Positions 13,712-25,967 of a stretch of DNA of 64,000 nucleotides are shown one piece after another. This DNA comes from Paramecium tetraurelia. Taxonomy: Eukaryota. Location of the stretch: positions 124,001-188,000 of the forward strand of contig CT868047.1 in the NCBI GenBank assembly GCA_000165425.1, read 5' to 3'. Below the pieces are notes generated by a model, which made no database searches, was not told the DNA's origin, and saw only the letters and a program-made list of their open reading frames with translations. Numbering within the stretch: the first letter of the stretch is position 1; every line of letters starts with the position of its first letter. The position numbers and the translations under genes are program-made.

Positions 13712-14940
13712 TCATCTCAATTTACTTATTTTCCATTAGAATATAGAATTGTCTTCTCCGCCAATACTAAACAAGTAATGATCTTCCATTGACCAAGCAA
13801 TGTTGGTAATATGAGATGAATGTCCTTTTCCTAAGATGTATGCTGATTCTTTCTTAACGCAAGGATATCTATATTATTACATTTAGCATATACCTAAATA
13901 CTTTGATTTATGAGTTATCATCACCAGTTGCAATCAAATGATAATTATCAGGGGGTTTATCCTTTTCATTATATGTCTTATTTGATCTGACAGCAGCATT
14001 GATATCACTGCCATCTTAGATATCTGGCCATATTCCTTAAACTGGCCATCCGTATGGTGTAGTCCAAGTCAACCATTTCTCATCTCTTAATTAATTTGCT
14101 CCATTTGGCAATTATTTACCAGTTTGAAGTTCCCAAAACAATAGTTCATATCTGAATAACATAAGTATTAATTAGATACCCTCCGCAATTGCTATGAAGA
14201 TGATTTCCATCTATGGAGAAATCAATATGAGTAATGTAGCTTGAATGTTTCTTGAGTGGTTTGTAACGTTGTTTCATATCTGGGAAACTGTAGATATATA
14301 TGGAATTATCATGAGATCCAATTGCAATCCAAGATTGATCATGACTGAATTTGATATCACTAATCCACTCTTTGGCTAATCTATTAACATATTTTTATTT
14401 GAATTCTTTATCATATATCTTAAGTTAATTACTTATAAAATACCCTAAATGTTCCATCCTTAAATCCTACGCATATTGAAATACCATCCAAAGAAACAGC
14501 TATACATCTACCTTTTGTATTATCAGGCAATTCACCAACTTCATCTTGTTTGATTTCTGCTCCATTAACATCAAGATTGGTTTTGATGCAATTGAGCATT
14601 TTCTTTTGACTGATAGACCAAGATCTTAGAGTTCCATCATCTCCACAAGTATAGTATTGATCAGAATCTTGTGGATTAATAGCCAAACCCCAAATTTCAT
14701 TCAAAGATCGCTTATTTGGAGAACAATGAGATTTCATTAAGGTTTTAGAAACAGCAAATTTGGAGTTAATATTGATTTTGGCATCTTTAGTAACTAATTC
14801 AACAATATCTCCAGCATTAGTTGATATAAGTAAAGTCTTCTAATCATACCCTAACGATATGGACTTGACTTCTAATCCCAATGAATTGCTGGGATCAAGC
14901 TATTACAATTAAAATGACTTATTAAAATTCTATTAATATC
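13712..14940 (-). CDS. EML (echinoderm microtubule-associated protein-like) WD40 protein, C-terminal part only (5'-truncated)
   Basis: EIWGLA, TCGDDGTLRSW, IGSHDN, HSSYITHIDFS, GWPVQGIWP, ATGDD, GHSSHITN, SIGGEDNSIFQW; three introns. The frame hits TGA near 14942 with no N-terminal propeller upstream. Confidence 0.85.
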
Positions 14941-16148
14941 TTCATTACTTAAAATCTCTTCAGCAATATTATAATAATGTCTTTCCAAAGTATCTAATTT
15001 TTTGATACTTCTTAATTTACAATATATGTACTTGGCAATTATCATTATGCTAATTTAATTATTTTTCGAATTCCATAAGACGATTAATAAATTTAAAAGA
15101 TTTAATTTTTTCCTTTAATATCCAAGAAATAATAATAATATCTAAAGGCTATTTTTATACTTAATTAGCCCTTAATAAAATTATTATATTATGTATACAA
15201 CTAGTGTTTGCCAAAAATTATATACTGTCAAATATATTTTTAATTTATTATATTCTTAATTCATTTGGTGAGTTTTTCTCGAAAAAATTATATTCACAAT
15301 ATTTCAGCCAATCAGAATCAAAATTACAAATGTCTCAAAGATTCTTTCATTCAATTCTTATGCTAAACAATTAATTCTTGTGTTAACCAATTCATTCAAT
15401 GTTTACTTATTTGTAATCCTAAAATATCTGAAAAATTAATCTTAATTAGAGAATAAAAGCTATTAAATTATTATATTTGAATACTAATTTTTTTCAATAA
15501 AAATGAATTTTTGACCATTAATTACTAATGAAGAAGTTTGGAATCATTAACATTACTTATAAGTATATATTAATTTAATTTAATTCCTTTCAAAATTAAA
15601 TACAAAAATTTTAATTTAAATTTTCATTTTCCTTTTTTTTTTCATTTTTTTTTTCATTTTTTTTTTCATGCAATAAGAGTCTATATGGTCTCACATCTTC
15701 TGAATTATTAACAACGAAAAATTGTTTTGATTTCATCATTTTACTTTATTTAATTTTCTTGGGATTTACTCTTGACATAAAAATAGGTGCAAATTATTTT
15801 TCACCAACCTAAGTGTATTTAGCATATTAATTATCAATACAGACCTTAATATCATTTGAAAAATAAATTCCTTTTCCAACTTTAACTTTCTCTCCAAGCT
15901 CATTAATACATTCATCATTTTAATGATGTTATTTCTCACCACTTATTAAATTGTTTTTTATAATTGAATTAACAGCACCTTAATTGGTACCATGATACAT
16001 AATTCTCCATTCTTTTGGATTACCATCCATTTTTAACCAATCATTTCCATGTTCTTTTACCTACTTTTCTACATTTAACCCAAATCCATAGCAACCTATT
16101 GGAAAATAATAATCATATCTATGATAAGGAGGCCCTCTCTATTTTTTT
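14874..16148. repeat. Direct duplicate copy 2 (lacks the 111-bp segment)
   Basis: Matches 9192-10577, including the (T10CA)3 run. Confidence 0.95.
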
Positions 16149-17268
16149 TCATGAAAATTATCCCAGCTCATATTGTGTGAAGGATTCAAATCATCAAAAG
16201 AAAGAGTGACTCCTTTTGATTAGCTATTTGCTTGATGAAAGTATTCTACGTAATCTACATTTCCATTACAATACTCATATAAGAATTTCTTTGCTTCTGG
16301 ATTTTAAAACTATTATGAAATCCATTTCCTACTAGCTCTTATAATATTAAAGCAAATTTTCAAACTACCCTTTGATACTCCTAAAATTTCAATTTAATCA
16401 GTTGAAATATTGAGTGAACTTGATAGCTTTTACTTAAATTCTAATAAATGTTATTACAATAATTGGTTGTCATTCACAATTTTATCATAATCAAGATTTG
16501 TATTTCTTACTTTTAAACAATATTAATCTTAGCCATAATATTCAATTATTGAATCAAATCCAAAGGAATATTATTTACTTGTTGCTAATAATTCTCGATT
16601 TTGATCTCTCAATAATGATTCTTTTAAAACAAAAAGTGCCAATTCAGGATTTGAGACTTCAATATTCTATTTCACATGAGGAATTGATTTAGTTTTGCCA
16701 TAATCTTTTAATTTTGTAATTAGTTATTATTAATATTAATGTTTAAGGTATTATTTTTAATTATTTGTAAGATTCTTATTATTATCTAATTATTTAAGTT
16801 CTTTATTTAATATATCAATTTATTCCTCAATTGATTTTGAACGAATTTCTTATTATATATATATTTATTAACAAACTAATAATAAGTCTTAATTAAAAAT
16901 TTCCTTTTTCTCAAATTAATCTTTCAGTTCGGTTACAACTTTTTCTTATTTAATTAAAGTTGATTAACTTGTTGTTTATAAGTCTTATTAAAGCATTCGC
17001 TTCAATTCAAATACACATTTTTCATTATCTCCTAAAATCCTGTTTAATGTCGTTCCATCTATGCTTATATTTTTATTAAAAGTGGGCAAGAAAAATTGAT
17101 AATCCTTGCTATTTCCTTACATGCTAACATTAATTAAAGTTCTGAATACTTTAGAAATTTTATTGTTAACAATTCAAAAAGGTCTAAAGTAGAGGTAGTT
17201 TTTGCTAAAGAAGCTTAAGATTTGACCTCAAAGCAATAAATGTCGATTTCATAATATTCTGGCAGCAT
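15590..17268 (-). CDS. PARP-like ADP-ribosyltransferase (Gig2/NEURL4-like) with possible N-terminal ubiquitin-like domain and C-terminal CaaX-like CIQF
   Basis: ATG at 17268, one 26-nt intron, ~550 aa. RGPPYHRYDYYFPIGCYGFGLNV, WRIMYHGT, VGKGIYFS, FMSRVNP, QFFVVNNSEDVRPYRLLL, EKKNEKKNEKKKE...FCIQF-TGA. Confidence 0.8.
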
Positions 17269-17450
17269 CAAATTGTATTAAATTATTAATATTTAAACAA
17301 AATATGAATAGGCCTTATTTATTGTTTTAATTTTATAAATAAACTAGTGTTTCTAAAAATAATATATTAAATCTGTCTAATTAAATGGAGCAGCATTAAT
17401 TAGATGCTTATTCATAAATGAATTTTTTATTTTGTATAAAATCCAATCTA

Positions 17451-19363
17451 TCATACACAAATAAAAGAATGTGAATTAATCGCTGAAATTTCAGCTTGAT
17501 TCTATTCTCTTTAAATAGTCTTGATCCACAAACCGCATTCTTCCTTGGTTTTAGTTTTAAATTTATAAATTTTGGAATCTTCTAACTAGATCTTAAAATT
17601 CGCAGGTTTCTATGATTAGGAATGACTTCATCCATATTTTGAAGGATGATTTGTTTTATGCCTCTCTTGAATTGGAATTGATATACCAATACATAAACCC
17701 TTTCTAATTCTAATATATCTATAATCCCAGGCTTTCGATTATGGTTCCTTCTTATATAGATAGCCTTCATCTACAAATTCTTCCTTTTCAATTAAGTTTC
17801 GTTATTATTATTTCTAGGGTATCTATAATTATAATATATATGTTTACATATTGAATTTCTTGATCATTAAAATCTAATTTAATATCTGCTCCTCTGATCA
17901 CTTATTCTTACCATTAACCAGTTTCTTATTGATCATCCTCTTAGCCTAAAAAGTCCATAATTCTAACACTTTCATCCTCTATAGGTAGTGTTTTATTGAT
18001 ATCCTCAATTAGAGTATTGCAAATTTCGATAGTGTCTTTCTTTTACTATTTATCCAATTCTATTCTTAGGGTCATAATAGATATGATTGTTTTCTCTGAA
18101 AATGCTCTACAAAAATACTATCGTAAACTTTTACAAGGATCCAGAATACTCAGAGATTCTTCATTTAAAAATGATTCTGTATTATTTGTGGAATTTTCAA
18201 ATACTTCCTTAATTGTGAATTTAAATTTAATTTCTAAATCAACTAACTATTCTTCTTTATCATATCATCAAATGGTTTCATAGTTGCTTAAAATTACTCT
18301 CAAAAATGAATTTTTCTAATTCTTAGAATAGAATATCTTTGTCAGTATCTAATTTTCTGATGAATTCATTAAGTAAAGTAGTAGAGAATAATGGAATCAG
18401 TAAGTTGTTTCCAGATTTTCCTACTAAATCTGTCATGAAATTGTGATAAGGTTTCAGTGGCTGGCTCAATTATGGATTTAACAGTATCTATAATTTTGAT
18501 TTGGAGATAAGGTTTTTAAAATGAGTGCCTATCCGACTGAAATAGAATACGAATATTCCTTCCTTACAATTACTGGCAATCTAATCAAAATTCTTGGTGA
18601 TTTTCTGTGGTATTATCATGCAAAGCCAAAGTGTTTTACATATGGCCACTTATTTAGGAACAGAGAGTTTGTGTTCATCAATGATTTCTTGAATCCCACC
18701 TTAATATTATTATAGGATAACTTTGCCAAACCTCCGAATCTGGGTATTGTTTCTTTACATGAACATAATTTATATGCCATATCAAAGCCTTCTTTTACGA
18801 TTTTAAACAGATCAACAGAAGTCTAAGTAATTAATTGTTCTTATTCATTCTAGAATGGCTCTTAAATGCTATGAGTTGTAATTCCGGAGACTATTTATGA
18901 TATTACCTTTAATTACTTATATTTTCATGTAAGACTAATCCCACAACTTTGTAATTCTACTACAATTTTTTCATGATAAATATTGCATTGATTCCAACAT
19001 ATCTTATCACAGATGGGTCAATTAATTAAAAAACTTATTCAGATCTGCATCCTCTTCTGTCAAGATGGCTGCCATGTCTGATTCTAAATTCTATTGAATC
19101 TTTTCTCTCCTAGCTAGTAATTGAGTTTCTTCTTCATAAAACTTGATTAATGGGTCAATGTTCTTTTTTATTTTAATTTTTAATGGGTTATTGATTGCCT
19201 TAGTTGTTCTGATAAATTTACTTAGAGCAGATTGCCACTTTCTACATTCCAATTCTGAATCAGCTATGAGATGATATAATCTATCTCCCATATTCAATTT
19301 GAAGGTGTATCCACTTTCTTTTGATTTGGACATATTTTTAAGGCAGATCTCTTTTTTTGATAA
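17451..19363 (-). pseudogene. Decayed PH / Sec6-like / PH domain gene
   Basis: Half PH domain (FKLNMGDRLYHLIADSELECRKWQSAL), in-frame TGA at 19007-19009, several frameshifts, Sec6-like ITQTSVDLFKIVKE, and a frameshifted C-terminal PH (EGYLYKK...WDYRYIRI...KTKEECGLWIKTI). Confidence 0.75.
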
Positions 19364-19452
19364 TCATTAGACATTCATATTAGAATAATAATTAAATCAT
19401 TCGGAGTAGATCACATTGCTATGGAGTCGTAAATGAGTGTAATGAGAGAGAG

Positions 19453-19494
19453 TGCTATCATAATAATGCTAATCATAATAATGCTATCATAATA
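19453..19494. repeat. Short tandem repeat (tgct[a]atcataataa) x3
   Basis: Three 13-15 nt units between the pseudogene 5' end and the BEACH gene ATG. Confidence 0.85.
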
Positions 19495-19521
19495 TTAACC
19501 AATTATTTTAATTAATTTAAA

Positions 19522-21889
19522 ATGTTCCCCTCCCTCAACTCAATCAAGAAGCCGAAGAAGAGTTTCAATCTGCTGCATCTTGAGACACAAGAGTAATATT
19601 TCCTCTCCCTCAAAGTGGCACTAATACCCAGTACAAGAAGTGATGAGTAACATATTTGTATATATCGATTCCAAAATCAGAATTCGAGGCAATTTGCATC
19701 TATGTTCTCGTTCCTTGGTTTTCGAGCCCAAATCCTCGTAGTTGCCCCTCATGAAAATGAAGTACAGCAATGGACTCTTTATGAAAGTCCTCAAAAATTT
19801 CGAACCCAAATCACTTGGTCATCTGCTCAGTATTCGTTGGGGTCATCAATTAATGCAGGAGGAGATCGATCAACTCGATTTAGCATCAGTCTTGAACTAA
19901 TAGAAGGGAGAATAAGTTTCTACTATTATTGATTACTAAATTAGAAATCGAATGAACTCTTAGAAAAGCTTTACAATAGATAACGCAAGAACATCATATA
20001 ATTAGCATGCAACTGCTTCTTCATCAAGGTCGATAAACTCTTTATCGTCAATCGCAATCCCATCAGTCCCTACATCACCGAAACTGTAATAATCCCTAAT
20101 TCTCTGTCTAGTGCGATGACAACATTGTGTTCACCATATCCAAATCTAATTCTAAGCAGACCCTCATTCGATTTCTTAAATTATACCAAGGAATTAATCA
20201 AGCCGAGGACGAGTTCACCTTCATCAATCAAACAATCCAACAAACCTTAAATGACAGTCTACTTGAACATAAACAAAATGTAGGATCTGAAGGCCACAAA
20301 ATAGAATTTATTCATAAAGGTACACGCTCTTCTCTATTATGAATAGCCAGACTCATTAAACCTGAAGGAGTGATCTTTGGGTTGTTTAGCATTCAAAAAG
20401 AAGAGATACTCCAATTCATTCCATTAATCAATTCACCCAAAGGCAAAATCATGTAATTCATGTTCACTGACATCAAATACTTCATCAAATACAGATATAT
20501 GTTCAAAAACAACGGAATCGAATTCTGGATGTACAACAAAAAGAGATCCTATCTCTTTGTCTTTGATGACCAAAACACCTAAGAATCTGTCTTTAAATAC
20601 TTCCAGAAGAAGGCAACAAAACGTTGTCTAACCGCTTTGACCAAAGAAAAAGTAGCTGAAGAATGGACAAGTGGTAATATGACTAATTTTGATTATTTGA
20701 TGGCCTTGAATACTCTGGCCAACAGAAGCTTTAACGATCTCTCCGCCTACCCTGTATTCCCATGGATCATTGCTGAATATAATGAGAAAGAATTCAGTGT
20801 CAACTCCCCGGCATTTTTCAGAGATCTATCTAAACCCATGGGGGCCCTCAATAAACATAGACTCTAAAAATATAAAGTAATCTCATTGTCATACTCATGT
20901 AGGCATTCTATAAAGATCAATTAAAAGATAAGAAATAGGATCCTAAACCTTATTTATACCCCACTCATTATTCCAGTCCTGGAACAGTCGTCTATTATAT
21001 GATCAGGAAAATTCCGGAATTCGTTATTAAATTATAAAATGGTGTCTTCGGACCAACAGACAGAATATTCAGAGGCATTGATTCCACTTGGTTTACTACT
21101 CTCAATCTTCATGCTGATTCCAAAGAACTCATACCAGAGTATTTAACCACTTTATACATTAGATTCTACGGATTAGATAGTGACTTTCTAGTTAATTGTG
21201 ATAAATTAGAATTGGGCATAACCTAAGATGGAGAAGTGATTGATGATGCAGTCATACCAGCTTGGGCTGACAATGCAGTAGATTTCTTAGCCAAAATGAG
21301 GATTGCTTTGGAAAGTCCATATGTTTAGGCTAACCTACCTCAATGGATTGATTTGATTTTTGGAAATAAATCCTCTGGAAACGAAGCACTTTTAAATGAC
21401 AACTTATTCTACCCTTACACTTATGCAGAAAATGTCAATTGGGATAAATGCAAAACTGATATTGAAAGGCAAGCTCTAGAAATCTAAGTTACTGAATTTG
21501 GTCAAGTACCCTTACAATTATTCTAAACAGCACATCCTTAAAGGAAGTTGAAAATTCAAGGAAATTTGAAATAATTAGAAGATGAAAAGAGGGAACTCAA
21601 ATTAATAAATTAGAATTTATAAAATAAAATTCAAAAATTAACCCAGTAGATCTAATAAAGTTAAGATAAAGAATTAGTTACATAACTGCAAACTCAATTG
21701 GCTGCACTTTAATGGGAAAACGAGAAACTCAAATTCAATCTTGAAACCTTTAAATAAGAAGTGATGGCAAGCAAAGAAGTTATACAAACATTTAATTCAC
21801 AATTTGATTAGGAAGAATTTGATAAAAATGGTTTCGACTTTTTAAATGACGATAGCCTCTTGGACAGTTCAAAAAAAGCCAATTAATGA
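19522..21889 (+). CDS. FAN/NSMAF-like BEACH-domain protein (no WD40 tail)
   Basis: FNLLHLETQEQYF and IRGNLHLCSRSLVFEP (FAN-type N-terminus); MTNFDYLMALNTLANRSFNDLSAYPVFPWII, YPTHYSSP, KELIPE, WIDLIFG, EFGQVPLQLF; coiled-coil tail. Confidence 0.9.
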
Positions 21890-22011
21890 ATGATTCTAAT
21901 ATAGATATAAATTATTAGTTTTTTTACTTTGTCATATTGTTTTTTTGAAGTTTTTCTAATTCTTGAATTACTTTTTAATCACTTTACATAGACTAAGTTT
22001 TAATTCTCTAT

Positions 22012-22983
22012 ATGTTTGGAGATACCCTCATTTTCATAGAAGTTGAAAAGTAGGTGATGAAATATTTTGGTATTAGATATCGATAGAAAAAATTTATGAA
22101 ATTTAATTCAAATAAATATCATTCTAATTAGACTATTTAGTAAACTAAATATCGACATCTATTTTTATGAATTAAGTAAATAAATAAAATTTATATATTA
22201 TATATTTTTGTAAAAAGTTGAACACCTATTATAAATATTGGAGAGTAAAAAGATTTATCTATTGAAAGGTCATAATGTTAGTAATAATTGAATTGAGAAT
22301 AGCTAGTAAATTTAGAAAAATATTATTATAAATAGGCAGGATCACAGCGAATTAATTTAGATTTGATTCTTTGAAATTCAATCAAAATCAATTGGACATT
22401 AATAAAGATCAGTAATATAAGAGCGATATTATATTTTAGTAGGATAACATCTAAGATAAAAAACTAAATATTTTGAGAAAATATAATTAATTGAAAGATT
22501 TAATAAATAAATTGAGTCCTTAGAGAGTTTAAAAATAATTATGAAAATTAGAATATAGATAGATTGATAGATATATAATATATATGAGATTACTATAATT
22601 TAACTAAATATGTTAAAGGAAAGAAATAATAGAAAAATTTAGTCAATAATAAAGTGGATAAAGATATTAAGAATGAAAATAAAATAAGAACAAAAAAGTT
22701 GGATTAGAAGATCAAATGAATACTAAGTACATAATTTATCATTGAGAGTATAACAAAATCTAAACTATAATATAAGAATGGAGTATGAATTGATTTAATA
22801 TTAGTATAAAAATACATATGTTGAAAACTGCATTTAGATGGATTATTGATTCAAATATACATATTTAAAGAAAAGAAGAGAGAACAATAGCAGAGAGGCT
22901 CTGATGTTCAAGGAGAGTAAGGTTAATCGTTATAGGTCGTCTTTTAGAGAAGAAAATTAATGATGGAAGATTTTGCTTTTGAT
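22012..22983 (+). CDS. Possible hypothetical gene or gene remnant (structure unresolved)
   Basis: Purine-rich, coding-like stretches and candidate introns, but no single clean gene model. Confidence 0.25.
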
Positions 22984-23021
22984 ATTGAAATATCAACTGA
23001 AATAAAATTAATTAAAGTTAA

Positions 23022-23582
23022 ATGGGTTCTTGTTGTCAAGCCAGTCAAGTAGCTCGGGATTAGTATGTGTTTCCAGATGGAGGAGTGTATACAGGAGAGT
23101 TGAAAGATGGAATACCAGTATGATTGATGATCATCTTTAGCATGGTGTTGGAGCAATATCCTTTGATAATGGATAATCCTTTGAAGGGCATTTCGAGAAT
23201 GGAGTGAAAAGTGGCAAGGGAGTTTATAGATGGAATGACAATTCTTATTATGATGGGGAATTTCTGAACGATGCATTTAATGGTTACGGCGAGTTTTATT
23301 GGAGCAATGGCAAATGGTACAAAGGATAGTGGGTGGAAGGGAATATGCAAGGAGAAGGACAATTCTTTTCTGATGGTAAGACTTACAAGGGTGAGATATT
23401 TAATTTTAATTTAAGGTGAATTTGAAAATGATAAGAGGAATGGAAAGGGAGAGCAAATTTGGCCCAATAGACAAAAATACAATGGAGAATGGAAAAACAA
23501 TAAGATGCATGGAAAAGGACAACTGACAGAGCCAAATGGGAGAGTAATCGAAGGGGAATGGGTAAAGGGAAAAAAGAAATGA
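23022..23582 (+). CDS. Small MORN-repeat protein, N-terminal MGSCC (predicted myristoylation/palmitoylation)
   Basis: YTGELKDGIPHGVG, YDGEFLNDAFNGYG, YKGQWVEGNMQGEG and further repeats; two introns. Confidence 0.9.
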
Positions 23583-23619
23583 TTATATCGTATATTTAAT
23601 TTTTATAACATATTGTGCT

Positions 23620-24704
23620 ATGGGTAGTGTTTGTCAGCTAATAAATAGAACTTAAGGAGGGACTATGTGCATTTAATATACAGAGTAAAACCCCGACTAT
23701 GAAATCTAAGGTCCTCTAGCAGAAGTGAAGGTTATGAGCGCAACTAAAATCTAGGCTTGTTATCGACGCTATTAAGCAAGAAAACAAGTAAATAAAAAAT
23801 TCTATGATTACAGGAAAAAGAAATCGAAGAGTCTTAAGCTCCTCTGAAACACATAGCAGTCCCAACTGAGTAAGTTCCTGAGATTGTGCATCAAGTTGTT
23901 TCAAAAGTGCTTCTTCAATTAGGTCCTTTCGATTATTCTAAGTGTTCTACTTTGATTGCGGCTAAATTTCTTTCCGCTTATTAATTTCTTAGCAACGGAG
24001 GGATCTATATAGGGTAATGGAAAAACCACAAAAGAAACGGTAGAGGAAAATACATGTTTCCTGATGGTTCCCTGTATGAGGGTTTTTGGGTCGATGATAA
24101 AGCCAATGGATATGGAAGACTCATAGTTACTAGTGGAGAATATTATATTGGAGAGTGGAAGAATGATAGGAATGATGGGTATGGAGTTTATGTACATGCT
24201 GATAAGTCAAGATATGAAGGGTTTTGGAAGGATGATAATAAACATGGGGAAGGAACTGAAACATGGGAAGGAACTGAAACATGGGAAGATAAACCAGCTG
24301 TTTTTAAAGGCAACTATAACATGGGTCTAAAGGAAGGATTTGGAATCTATAAGTGGGCTGATGGATCAATTTATGAAGGAGATTTTAAGAACAACCAATT
24401 TTAAGGGAAGGGAACTTACATTTGGCCTGATGGCAGCAAGTAAGAGGGATTATGGGAGAATAACAAGATGAATGGCGAAGGGGTGATGACTTGGGAAGAT
24501 GGCAGAAAATATATAGGTATCTTTTCTTTTTGATTAGGGGGATTTAAGGATAATGATAAGGATGGTTATGGAGAATTATATTGGGCTGATGGCAGGATTT
24601 ATAAGGGATAGTGGTAAAATGGGTTGTAGCATGGAGAGGGAATCTACATTGATAAAAATGGGAAATAAATCAAAGGAGTGTGGTTTGAGGGACACAGGAA
24701 GTGA
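23620..24704 (+). CDS. MORN-repeat protein with IQ motif, N-terminal MGSVC
   Basis: ATKIQACYRRYQARK (IQ motif) and about nine YxGxWxxxxxxGxG repeats; TGA at 24702. Confidence 0.9.
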
Positions 24705-24759
24705 TTTAATATTGCAATTACGTAATCATTCTTAAGTCCTCCTGATTTAATATATATAA

Positions 24760-25734
24760 ATGAAAATTGAATAATAAGATTTAAGATTTCGCGACTCTAA
24801 CAATTTCCAAAGTATTCCCTAACTGTAAGTATGCATAGAGCAAAATCATTTAGATTCTGGTTTTAGGTGATGGATCAACTGGCAAAACTTCGCTCCTCAA
24901 TATACTAACATAAAGAAAATACCCAATAAAAATCAAATCGGACTAATCTAAGATCCCAATTAAAACTCAAGGATGTGATATCAAAATTGCAATGAGGAAT
25001 TATTCCAATAAAAAGGTTCTCCTTAAAATGATCGATCTTTCTGGAGATAAGTCATAGAGGCAATATCTGGATGTTTACATCTCCAGACTCAAACTGGACG
25101 CAATAATCTTCTGTTTCGATGTCACCAATCTTAAAACATTGGACCATTTGGGAAAATGGATTAAGAGACTCACTGTAAAGGATGCCATCGATCAGGAAAT
25201 GGAGGAATTCCTAGATACCGATAGAAGCGATTTTTCTCTTGGAAGCACTACAGCTGTTTCTGATGGATAAGACTCTCTATTGAATTACCATAATTACAAC
25301 GGAATTCCAATGAAAAGGATCCTTCAGACACCATTTATATTTATTGGTTGTAAGATCGATCTGATTCCTTCTGATAATCACATCCCATTGAGACAATAAG
25401 TTTAGAAGAGAGTAATTATGTATTGAATAATAATTAGATTCAATAATTCTACAAACGATCCAACACAGTGATTTTATTAAGTACAATAAACCCTTCCGTA
25501 TATTCTGATCAATTTAATCTATTAGAAAATTATATAACTAGAATATATCAATGGGATATGATTGAGGACTTCTTTATTTAGGATCAGATTCAATCAAAAA
25601 GAATACCAATAGATGAGTCCTTTTGGAAGGAGACAATTTAAATAAAATTGCAAAATAAATTACAATATTTGTATGTGTTTGTAAAGCATTTTTGTTAGAA
25701 ATTACTTTTTAAAAAGATGAAAAGAGATGATTGA
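24760..25734 (+). CDS. RABL3: Rab-like 3 (RABL3-like) small GTPase
   Basis: After a 25-nt intron: ILVLGDGSTGKTSLL, TQGCDI, IDLSG, FDVTNLKTLDHLGKW, GCKID. Confidence 0.75.
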
Positions 25735-25967
25735 TTTGTGTATAAAAATATCGAAAATAATAGCATCATTCTATATTTCCAAGATTAGCATAATGATAAT
25801 CAAGCTCTTTTTGGTAACACATATTATTATATATTAATAATTTTACTAACTGAACAATTATATTTGAGGAGACAAATTAACAACACTAAAGAAAGTCATT
25901 TTAGTTTGAATTTCTTCAAATGATACAATTCTTATACAATCATATAATATATAATTACCAAACTAAA

